From positions 149,944 through 213,943 of the forward strand of contig NMRA01000633.1 in assembly GCA_002633005.1 (NCBI GenBank): a stretch of 64,000 nt of DNA. The letters run 5' to 3'. The notes under the pieces were generated by a model. That model was not told the DNA's origin, made no database searches, and saw only the letters and a program-made list of their open reading frames with translations. Made by a program: the position numbers and the translations under genes. Position 1 is the stretch's first letter. Each line of letters opens with the position of its first letter. Source of the DNA: Phoronis australis (lineage: Eukaryota > Animalia > Phoronida). This document shows positions 51,243-64,000 of the stretch, piece after piece.

Positions 51243-53260
51243 ATGATGTTTTGTCTTACGTGCACGTTATCCTTGATGTGTTTCCTTTATTTGAAGAAAT
51301 AAAGTGTTATAAAACAGCAAAATGATTTCTAGGCTCAAAAATAGATGTATTATACATTACCGTGGAGAGAGGGAACCACCCGTCCGGGACAGTCCCTTCG
51401 CGTTCCCAAACTGGTCCCACCTATTGTAAAACTTCTGGCTCAGTACTGCTGATTCTCGTTTTCTATGCTGTTTGATTGTCATTACTTAGTCAAAATTTTG
51501 CTTTGATACAAATCGAGAGTGAAGTGTACGCTGAATTTTCAATATTATTGAAAATAAGTAGGAATCACGGTGGCATTTTTTGTTTGGTCAGCTAGGCTCT
51601 TAACATTCACCTGTGCCGTGTACCCACGACTCACGCGCAGCAATCTTAGGTGAACGCTTTCCTGTGTGGTAAGTGATTGACCCTGGGGCCGTAGAGTACT
51701 CGACGTACGTAACCAATGAGCTGTCTCAGTCTCATTGTACGCAACCCTGTAGTCCGACTGTGTAGTGGAAGGGATGTCATGTGTGCCCTGCGACAGTTTG
51801 TGACACGTCTGGTCACCTGTAACTGAAGCCTGCTTCATTCAGCCAAGTACTACGGTCTCTCACTAGTTGCTACAAGGGAGACTGAGTCACTGAGCCGGGT
51901 CGGCGCATTGACGGATCAGCGATTTCCCTGACGGTGATTGATCGTTCCTCAAGGAATTATTTCAGGACATAAGTAACGTAATGTGGTGTAAATTGTGCTA
52001 GTGGCTGATGTTCCCTGCCACAAAATAACGACAGTAGCAACCTTAGTCATTTATTGAGGAGGTTAAACCCGATGACCCCTACTCTCACCGACGAATTTCA
52101 GTAAAAAAATACAATTTTGAAAATTTCAAAAATTCAGTTATGAAAACGACGTTCTTCGAAAATGATACCAACCATTTATTTTATTATTTAAATAGGTGCA
52201 AACAAAATGATCACCGAAAATGAATTACACCGAACTTTACATTTACAGGCATTAGTGATAGTAAAACGCGCAGGGTTTTAATTTACAAAATGGTAGTAAT
52301 AATTTTAGGAATGTTCTGTTAAATTGTGCTAAACTGGTCCTTGAACACAAGTGAGATGCCAATTCTTCAACTGTGACCAGCTGTTAACACAGCAAAAATA
52401 AACCTGGAAATAAATTTGCCACAGAGCGAAATTCGAGATTTCAAAGCCCCAACTCAGAATGAAATGCACTTTTATTAACATTTTGAACAAAGGCCACGTT
52501 TTTGAAATATTGTCCGCATTAGTGACTTTTATTTTAACGAATGATTTTTCTTAAAACCATTTTTCTTCATCGTAAGAAAAAAAATCCTACCCCACAACTC
52601 CGGCATGTTCTAATTATAATATCAATTTGAGTCTAAGGAACAAAAAGGAACGTAAACTTGTTGAGTTGTTAATTTAAAAGTATGCCGTTATTATGATTAA
52701 ACGTCACCCATCGAAGGTTAATATGAACTCGATGTGAGAAAAAATTAACAGTTAGTACTAAATGTTGAAAATCTGTTTACATGATCTTAGAACTGAAATT
52801 ATGAGTATCAAATGGGGAAAAAACAGGTAAAGGGATTACGAAAGTCTGTGGACGAACATGTCATGAGTCACGCTAACATCACTTGTACTTCCTGTGCTTA
52901 GCCCATAGTTACAATGAGCTTCTCAACCAAATTATTCGAAAAGTTATAAGAAAAATGAAACCTAAAATTAATAATTGGAGATCCGTTCTGCCAGTGACTA
53001 CTATAGAAAATTTTTATAATAGTACTGTATTTTGCGTTAAATTCAGTGAGTGCAAGCATAATTACATATGTCAGTGTTTTTCTGTCACTGATAATTGTGA
53101 GACTAAAGTAGGTGAAATCACGCTTTTGTTGTACCATTTGTATCGTAACATTTTTAGTCACAACAATTTCTTATTCCTTGTGATGAATGCGCGAAAGTAC
53201 AGTTACTGTAACTCACACAGTGAAGGTAATCACGGTAAACCATAATACGAAACCCATTTT

Positions 53261-53453
53261 CATGGGCGCACCCAGGGGGCGAATTGTGCAAAAAGGTCCG
53301 CCTCAGCGAAACAAAAAGTCCGAGTAAACGACAATTCGTGGGCCTGAACGTAGTGGCCCCGTTTTTTTTTAGTCCTCGTTGATTTCTTTCACTAAAAAGT
53401 CCGCACACCGAAAAATTCGAGCACCCCTATACTTTAGGCTGAGTGCGCGCATG
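53261..53453. mobile_element. ~190-bp hAT-like MITE
   Basis: TIR CATGGGCGCACCCAG vs revcomp CATGCGCGCACTCAG; same terminus occurs as a fragment at 48783. Confidence 0.65.
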
Positions 53454-54660
53454 ATTTTGTTCGATTGTCATTTTTAGCCAGCTCAACAGGGCAAATTGCC
53501 TTTTGTCTTAGACTAGTGGTAAACAGCTTTGCCAACAGTGCATTAGAACGCTACCGCGGGCAATATTGCAGGTTTGATTCCGCGCTAAAGCTGATCTCAG
53601 AAACACACGGTTTTAAACGGATACATTTGCCGATTTAGAAACGGAAGATTTGAGGTGGCACTCAATGCTTTTTGATGGTTTTAGTCTTTGAAAATCAGGT
53701 CTGGGCAGCTCCAACTTTCTATTCCACAGGGTGTAAAAACAAAAACAACAGCTGGGCCAATGAATTCAAAAGCCCTTCACAAAGTCCACTTCAACCGATT
53801 CATAAGTCATTATCTTCTTTCAAACCTAAGTAAAGCCGTGTACTCAAAAAACACCAATATTGGCCTAATTTGTTGATTTCTCCCAAAGCCACCATTTGCA
53901 TGTAACTACTGCGAGCTGGGAGACAGCGTTATATTCTGTCAAAATTTTTAACACTCAAATGAATTAGGTGATTACTGGGTGTCTACCAGCCCGATTTTTC
54001 ACAAATCTGAAGTGTGGGACTGGCACTTTAATTTCCCTGATGAATTTCAAATTCCCACCCGCGATTGAGCCGACAAAAAAGTGGGCCATTACGTTACCCT
54101 TGCCATCAAAACACTAAAAAAGCAGGAAAATGCCATTCGTCGCCTTTACATGCCACAAGAAATCCATCGTGCAAAGCCAATCCAACAGGTGCCAATTTTT
54201 TATGAAACTGTGTTCATTTGCGGCTCATAAAAGCAGTTGGGAGTGCCATCTAAATGCTACCATTCATTTACAAAAAAATTCACGTTTCCAATGCTGGCAG
54301 ACGAACAGCTCGCGGTCACGTACCAGAAAGTAGATGTGTAAACAATGTTAAACATAGTTCAGCTACTGACCAAACAGAAATCGATATTTTAGAGTCGAAA
54401 ATCAGTGGCGTAAAATGGAAACAACGAGTCTCAATCTGTCATGTGGTATAAAACGAATATAATTTTAAAAAACATGTCAACATGCCTTTGAAAAACAACC
54501 TAGTCACGACAAGCAATGCGATAGTTAATCTTGCGCCCAGTGGGTAATATGCTTTACTGTAAATATTTATTCATCTAACACCATTTATTTGCCGATATAT
54601 ATCATTTGTTGCGCATTAGTATTGATAATAGAAAGGACAACCTTTTCAAGTTTCATACTT

Positions 54661-54666
54661 TTTATT
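54661..54666 (-). promoter_or_regulatory. Candidate polyadenylation signal AATAAA of alpha-tubulin (alternatives at 54584-54589 and 54566-54571)
   Basis: AATAAA 60 nt downstream of the stop. Confidence 0.55.
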
Positions 54667-54725
54667 TTTCATCGATCACATGACAAGAAGGTTCAGGGTA
54701 AGAGCAGAGTTGTGGATATTGCAGC

Positions 54726-55945
<1,220 letters not shown>

Positions 55946-56150
55946 TCATGGAAGAGTGCAATGGAACCTGCGGAGGAATGTACTTAAAATCAATACACTG
56001 TGGTTGCTAAGTAACTCCTGAGTCACCATCAGCTTAACCAAATACAAATTCCAATAATATTCACCAGTGGCCAATTATACAGACAACTTCTCATCATATA
56101 TAGTAATCACTCAGTTATTACTTTTTTTTTTTAATCGACTTAATTTGTTA

Positions 56151-56399
<249 letters not shown>

Positions 56400-56763
56400 T
56401 TAAGAGTAATGCCAACAAGTTCCAGTTTCGCTCTTCAACTTTCCGAGGACATGTGTGACAACGCCCAAAAGAAGCGGGAAAATTAGAGAACGAAAAAAAA
56501 GCAAACGATATGCCGTTCAACTGTCAACTGTAAGTGTGCACAAAAATTGAGTTTTCAACGCGACACCACTCCGGAAACCCCCCGCGATAGTTACCCAGTT
56601 TTGACAAGAATTTGAAACGAAAAATAATATTCCGCTGACTAACAATATGGCCGTCATGACTAAGTAAAAGCCGGCAAGATGAGTCATTATGTTTAAAATC
56701 TTATTTTTAACGTCATCCAAGGTAGACTTTACAATCAACTCAAAGCATAGAAAGTTTACTTAC

Positions 56764-56766
56764 CAT
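56764..56766 (-). CDS. TUBA: Alpha-tubulin exon 1 coding part (ATG only)
   Basis: GAAAATG|GTAAGTAA; an intron directly after the initiator ATG is the conserved alpha-tubulin structure. Confidence 0.95.
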
Positions 56767-56869
56767 TTTCGGTAGTTTGGTTCTTTTGTGAAGAGTTAAA
56801 AAGCAGAATTTGGCTTAATAAGCTTAAGTAGAATCTCACTCGTGACTGTGACGGTCGGAGTAAGGAATT

Positions 56870-57004
56870 CGTATGAGTAACGGACGGCGCAAACACTCTT
56901 TTATAGTGACCGTCGTTAGGGGCATTGAGTGTTGGATACAAAGTATTCATTGGTTCCTAGGATATAGGTCACCTGATAAACAAGGGTAAACACAAGATGA
57001 TTGG
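56870..57004 (-). promoter_or_regulatory. Alpha-tubulin core promoter: TATAAAAG (56898-56905), Inr-like TCATAC (+1 near 56874), CCAAT boxes (56949-56953, 57000-57004)
   Basis: Canonical spacing with TATA at about -31. Confidence 0.8.
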
Positions 57005-59323
57005 CCGTTGCGTTATCGGCTCACCTAGAAGCCGAATCTACTTTTGAATTTCGTAATATTAGGGGTGAACGAGTTACTGAAGTGCAAATAAAATTGTGCC
57101 AACTCTACACAACTGCTTATTTATTCTCATTTTCAATAATAGCTAAACATCGTATAAAGGAAATTGACATGTTGTATTTGAAAAAATGCAAATGAATTAT
57201 AAATAAATTGAATCTTTACATCGCCCATACCCATTTCAATAATAACTAAGGCCGAGGTCAATAGTTTGTAGTGTTTTGACGACTCAGCGGTCGCCATGTG
57301 CCCCAAGTTGGCTGACAATAGTCTTCTTTATGTGGGTGAACAATGCCGACTGAAGGCTGTTAGGTGAGATAGGCTGGGTGAGCCATGGTGCTGCTGTTGG
57401 CTGTTTCCATAATGCATTTTGTTGAAATTTTTGTGCTCGCCATAGCGCACTCATCATTTACGCTGGTTACTGGCCGAGGCCCAGTTAGGGCCTTCTTTTC
57501 CGATCTACAAATTTCATCCCATTAATGAGATCAATAAAATAAATGCCTGTGGGCCGGCCTGGTCACCGGCTGTTACCCATCAATTCGGATATGATTCAAT
57601 CTGATTAGTTACAACGCTTGATCTAAAAATATAATAATAAACACATAGATTAATGTTGGTAAATTGAGCCAGTACCACAAATAATTATAGTAAGGCTTTG
57701 AGCTCCTCAGTACAATTAAGTTTGTGAGGACTAAGACAATCGTAAGTCAAAACTGGGCGTACGGGGACGATCAAAAGCTGAGACGTCTGTGGTGCGATTT
57801 ACTCAGTGACGTTTCCCAAAATCGCTCTTTAGGAGAACCTACGTAGTCGTAATGACCATGCCATAAGGAGTAAGACCTAATACTTGAAGTTTAGAGTCTT
57901 GTAACCTAAAAAACGTAAGCGCCCAAAGCGTGTGTGGGCCTATAGTATAATGACAAACTATAACCTGTGTGAGACCGGGCCAGTCTAACTCTACGGCCGG
58001 CCCGAAAATCGGCAAATAACAGGCGTGCCCTCCACGAAGACCGCTGCAAAAAAATTTGAGCCTCGTGGCACACTTAAGACTTCTTTAGTTCAACGTTGAA
58101 AATGACCCCCTATTCAATTTTGGTCCATAATTGCCGCCCGTTGACTAAGTTAAAGAACTGTCTTATAAGATTGTGCGGGAACCGACGAAGTTGCGGGTCC
58201 CGCTCCGTGTCTAATCGACCCCTTAAACATTACGGAGGTCGACCCTATAGGCAGTCAGAGCGGAGGGAGCGGCGCCCTAGGCATCCACTGAGGGCATAGG
58301 GGCCTCCAAACAGTGAGGAGGGGCAGGCCCGGGGTATTACCATATGTGGGGTATACGGGGTGTGCCACCCGGAAGGGACACGTTTCCGGCCATAGTCTCT
58401 ACAAAACGGTACATTTTTCGTAAAAGTCTCTAGGGAAAGGTACAATATTTTCGTTAAAATCAATGCAAAAGGGTAACATTTTTACCACAAATTTCTACGG
58501 AAGCCGGGTGTGATTTAGTCCCGCTTCTGAGACTTAACACTCTGGGCCGTAGGAAGCGGGGGGGGGGGCGTGCCCCCCCAGATTTGCAGGCGTCAGGGTT
58601 AAACCGTGGCAACCGACATAGACTTGGGGCCGGGAACAGTCGAGAAAAGAAATACTACTAATACGGATAAGATAAAAATTCAGGAGAACATTTGACAAGT
58701 CAGTACTCAGTGCATGATTTACCCTTTGGGGGCCCTGGCCAGGACATTGTTGTTAGGGTCTCCGTTTTTGCTGCATACATGAAAGTCGTCTAAACGCACT
58801 TCAAAACGTGCACTTTATCATTCATACGTGTATTTCAAAAAATCGAGAAAATTTGTTAAGCGAAGCTTTTGAGGAGCATATTAATTCACTAGATTTTAAA
58901 TTCAATAAGACGGCATTGCAAAACTATATTTTCCAGAACCCCTTCTCTAGCAAAGGGCAACAAAGACATCTGTCACTCTATTTTTTATGTTTTTTTTGTA
59001 TCACTTGAGAAAATTGATGGCCTGGCAGATAACATCAATTGCTGCGCATTTCCTAACTTTTGAAAATACAGATATTTTCACATTTAGGGGTCCAGCTCTT
59101 GAAAAGTACCATTGGTGACATTCGAGTAGCCACCCTTTTCGTGTATTGGTTGGCAAATTCTTAAGGGGCCACTCACGAATAGAGGGCCCAATCATGTTGG
59201 AAGCAATTACCTTTATTTTCCTGTTTTTTGTGAAATCGTACAACCGGCTTTCATGCTGAGGAAAGTCACTTCTTGAAAGGCCACCCTACAATGGAATGAA
59301 TTGTCACTCTTTTCCAAGCTTTT

Positions 59324-59359
59324 AAAGGCTGCACATCATTAAAATGATGTGCAGCCTTT
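59324..59359. repeat. Perfect 17-bp-stem hairpin
   Basis: AAAGGCTGCACATCATT-AA-AATGATGTGCAGCCTTT. Confidence 0.9.
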
Positions 59360-62300
59360 CATCTGATGCGTCCCATTTCAGACGAGACCCCCTCTCGGTG
59401 GGGCGGTTCGGGTGACCCTCTACAAACATGTAATCTGACACTGCCAAGTATTCACGAGGGGAAGTTGAGATTCCAAATTCATCAAAAACACAAAACAATC
59501 GTGCATAGCACAGCAGTATCAAAACACTCGACTCAAACAACCAAAAATGTGAAAAATACAATAGGACTGGCCATCATAAAAATGGAATTTTGAAGAACGT
59601 GAAGATCACTATTTGTGAATTTCACAAAAAGACTACTTCCGATGGTTAGTTATAACTAACGTTATATTTTTCCGATCGTATAACAAGAATAATATTTCTT
59701 TTGAAGGTTGTTACAAGGAACTATTTGTAATGAATTGACAAATGTCGAAAAGACTGGGCGGTACGATTTGTGATGACCGTGTACATGTCGAACGTGGGTA
59801 CTCAAAATACTCGCAGTAATAAACAAATATTTCATTTTTTTGGAATTCAAGTTCAAACTCGTGAACTGTTATAGGTACCTCGGAAATAAGTAAAAATACA
59901 CCTTACTATGAATGCCCCATCACCCATATTCCTCGGGTCACCCGTCAAAAATCTGCGATCATGCCTCCGGAAATTGCTTATAACATTCCATGTTGATAAA
60001 AAAAATCGTTGGATTCTGATTTACTTGTTTATGTATCTGCATGTACGAAAACCAACAGATTAACAGATGGTTATTGACAATTAGAAGCTATGGTGATGTT
60101 TCAGTGAATTTAGTTGAAACCTGAACATGAAAACTATAATAAGATCCGCAAATAATAAAGTGCACTTGGACGCTTTTTGCCTGTCTAAAATAACTCTCAA
60201 AGACATTGATGAAATTTGGACAATTCCCAAAAATTTACTCACAATTCGCCGAATGACAATAAATGCATTGCTGTTTGACTTCGGTACAAGATTTGCCGTT
60301 TAAACACACTAACAGGAGATCAAAAAGTAATTAAGTCATTAAAACATTAAGTAAACGTATTGCTCATGGATTTGATTGTAGGTTTCTGAATTCCATGTTT
60401 ATGTATCTACGAAAATGGGCTGAATGACAGACGATTTTTTACAATTAGAAGCTAACATAGTCAGTCTCGCAATAATCCCAGGGGATTCGGAAAGTTCACT
60501 GTCCCACCAGTAATAGGCGTCACTATAATAGTCATTACTTTTGTCAAGTTCTTTTATTTATATTCATGCACAGGGAATTGAATCATTTCGTCTACAGCAA
60601 CGGGGTATATATTGCAGAGATGCACCTCCGGCAACAGGGGGTAGCCGGGACAAAAACTACCTGCAATAGGGGTCGGGGAAGAAAATCATTCGATCCTACC
60701 GGCACTGAAGGGCCGGGGGGGGGGGCTTTTTAAATACTAGTGGATAAACCTAGCTGTGACTGACCGCCGTGGACTGAGGAGATAATACTGACAAGGAGCC
60801 GTCGGATACGCCCTGCATATCATGACTCCTGTGGTATCAATGCCTGTTGACGTACGTGCGACCTCTTTGGTCGTCACGCACTGTTTGGTTGTGAAATCAC
60901 GGTGCCTTACTCCTCGGCGTTGCAATACTCCTTTGCCCTGTGAGTCAGCTAAGTATTGTTGTTTTGTTTTATTTACCATTGGTGGTAATAGAAGAAACAG
61001 TTTCCCCTCTGACACCGCCCTACTCGCCAATGTTCCGCTGCTGCAAGTGTGAGAGTGACAGCTGTGTAAATAATCCTCCAACAAACGTCGAAAACGGGGT
61101 CAAACTTTAAAGTCCTAGTAGCACACGTTTCTAACCCTTATTACGTAGAAGAAGTTATAAGGCAACGAGTAGTTCCTAACCCATGAACCAATACACAATC
61201 CGTAGTCCAAGAAAGTTTAAATAAACGTGCCACTCATGATTCCGACCCAAAATACACACCAACAGTTTAAACTAACCCGGAAGTACAATTCATTCAGGAA
61301 CTGGCTAAAGAACGCCGGTTGTGCGACTGGAGCAGTGTCTGTTACCAGCCTGCAGACGGGGATAAAATAATCGACAGCGGACCTTAATTTTACTAAATCC
61401 AAAATATGGACAAACTGTACTGAAATTGTCGACAAAATGTGGCAAAATAAATTTTGACAAATTATTTTGCCGGACTCCGACCTGTAACCGATGACCCGGT
61501 GCGGACCGATAGAGGTCACTGCGCTGCCATGCCGTCCCTCGCTATTTTATAGGAATAAATGGTTCAAATCATAAATGCCGTATACATACAAAGATAGTTT
61601 CAGACACTTGCATAAAATAACGTACTATAGTCACAGTCCTGTGTCAACGTTTGAATAACAAAGCCGACTGATGGCGGGCTAGACTAAGCGTGTTTTACTG
61701 GGTAAACAGAACAACGAACATGCAATATCAAAATAATTGATTAAAATTGCTATACAGTTAGAATATCCTGACGATGAAACTTGCGAAAATATCGAAAATA
61801 AATTTAGACGGAAACTAAGATACCGGCTGTGGTCTCCTCGACTTCCGTTACGACTGCCAACAACAAACCGTTCAAAATACCATTTGGTGGAGAAATAATT
61901 TCAGTAAGAAAACTTGCCATGGTGCAAAATGGTATAATATGAGTATTAATAACTCTAAAGTAAAATTAATAATTTCCACTCGGACAGAAACATTCGTATA
62001 CACGTAAGCTGCTACACGGCGGAGCCAGACCGCCTGGCCTGTCGTGCGCGGACATCTGTGCTCTGCGGGGCAAGACGGACTAATTAATTAGCTACCCGGG
62101 CCGTGAATGAGTGAAATTCATGTGACAAAGAGATTAAAAAATATTGCTCCATGCTCCTAACACTGCAATATTTCCCCATCGCCGTCATTCAGCTCATTGA
62201 CTACGATTCACTATACTCCCCTCCCCCCGTTCGCGTCGCAGAATTTTTATATTTAGACAACAGAGGTATATATTGTAAGTTTTCGTCAGATTTTAAAATA

Positions 62301-63889
62301 TATTTTCCCTAATAATTGAAAATGAAAGCAAAAGTAGCAAGCAGTTATTTTCCTGGCGAAGAGTCACGGCAGCTGTAGGGGAATTACTTCGCCGGTTAGG
62401 CCTACTGTGTCCGGACAGCAAACGTGCGTTATTGCGATTGAGGTATGTATAGCTCACTGTTTTGGGATAAAACGTGGTGTTCTTTATTGAAACATCGCCG
62501 TGTGAGGATGTATTGTTATTTTGACTATTTTACATTTTTATGCGGCCAGTAAAGCCTCTGCCTATTCGCTGCCAAGTACGCACTGCGCTCAGAAAGTTTT
62601 TCCTCTAATTTATTACCTAAACGGGTACTGTTGCTGAAATTTGACGTACCCTCGCGATGAGTCAGGGCTGACCTCAATAGCCTAGTGTTGGCTGCGGGAG
62701 ATGCGACTTACTTCACAAACTTATGATTGTGCATTAAATACCATTCGTCACATGCAGAAAACAGGTAAATTTTGGACAATAAATAATTAAGTTTGTATAA
62801 AAGATCCAAAATAAGAATCAAAAGCAACAAAGCAAAGTAACAACGCATTTACGCTTACGGTGATGTCAATAGGTTTTCAATGACAACATGATTGTCATTC
62901 AGGAATCGTTCCTGAACTGATGGACAGGAACTCAGAATACGGAAATAGACGGGAATAGTCGATGATTTTCTGGTCTTGGCCGAGGTACAAAATTGTGCTC
63001 AAAAAGGCTTTTAGTTTGATGACAGAAAGGATGTGAACATTATGCCATGTTACATACTACGTAAGTTGAATTGTTATGTTTTCGAACTAGATTGCCTTTG
63101 AGATAAGGACTTTAATTAGGGTCACTTTTTCACGCGAAGAGGGTCGTTATTTAACTGGCCGAGTCAATTTTCAACGTTAAAAACTTGCTTGTCACTTTTT
63201 TGTTAAAAAATAACCCGGGGGGTTTGAGAAGAACTGACAGATCTTGGCGGTTATTACAGTTTCCTTCGCCAATAGGCTACGGACAGGGGGAATTTCAGGT
63301 GTAACCAACTTCAATGGATAGATCAACCATAGACACTCTAGTTTTGGTCCCGGCAAACGTAATTAAGCCACGCCTTCCATAGTTATCATTACGAACTAAA
63401 TCAAGTAAAGGCAAAAGGGAGGAAGTCCTTTGCAAGCGTACTATAGTAGCAGATTCTCTACGATATTTTTATTCTTCAATGTTTGTTTTGGGCCGTGTTG
63501 AGATGGTGTTGTACTTCGCGTGTGGTTTTCGTGGTCAATTTGATTTTTTCCTCAGTCCCGTCGTGAGTAGGTGACGGTGCCGGATTAAAAAGTTCCGTAG
63601 TACAAAAGTTTAGGGATGACGTGTCCGGCAATGTTATGACGCGTTTTGGATCCGCAAATAGGAATATAAAGGAGCAATCACACTCACATCATAGAAATTC
63701 CTCAAGTATTAGGTATGTTTCCCACGGGAGCATTTTAGCACTTGGAAATTTACAAAATTGTGTTTTTGTTTCGTATTTAAGATACGACATAAAATGTGGC
63801 CCAATTGTTATTGTTTTTAATTTTGTTATTTTTGACTTTGACAGAAAAGCAACTGATTCCATCATTGTGACAACCGTTATAATTAAAAT

Positions 63890-64000
63890 AGGATAAGGTG
63901 GCCACGGGCAGGATAAGGTGGCCATGGATAGGATGAGGTGGCCATGGATAGGATGAGGTGGCCATGGATAGGATGAGGTGGCCATGGATAGGTTGAGGTG
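63890..64000. repeat. 20-bp tandem repeat (GGATGAGGTGGCCATGGATA), truncated by window edge
   Basis: 5+ units visible. Confidence 0.95.

Noticed and set aside
61900-62460. Possible plus-strand promoter/first exon (CpG-rich, GAG|GTATGT)
   Set aside because: No coding signal or downstream exon to support it

Overview
Eukaryotic, AT-rich, repeat-dense window that looks like marine invertebrate animal DNA (inference), with one 716-N assembly gap (21690-22405). The only complete gene is a canonical 3-exon alpha-tubulin on the minus strand (56766->54726, 451 aa, MREC start, K40, EEEY tail) with a TATA/Inr/CCAAT promoter. Several small phase-compatible minus-strand exons (39466-39594, 13361-13447, 4290-4353, possible alternative first exon 12693-12743) suggest that most of 4-48 kb is intron of a second, unidentified gene. 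The rest is transposon debris and minisatellites. This includes several TA-duplicating elements with CCGTA termini (two inverted 2.4-kb copies, a 159-bp MITE apparently collapsed from them, and a 1.1-kb element with a HIRAN-like relic), hAT-like elements, THAP relics, an L1/Tx1 RT relic, Helentron/HINE-like hairpin ends, and a ~5.5-kb block splitting a minisatellite that carries a decayed Tudor/chromo-barrel-like exon. No intact novel multi-gene system is visible. The best leads are the transposon cargo relics and the direct-repeat route to MITE formation. All domain calls are by-eye motif recognition, not database hits.
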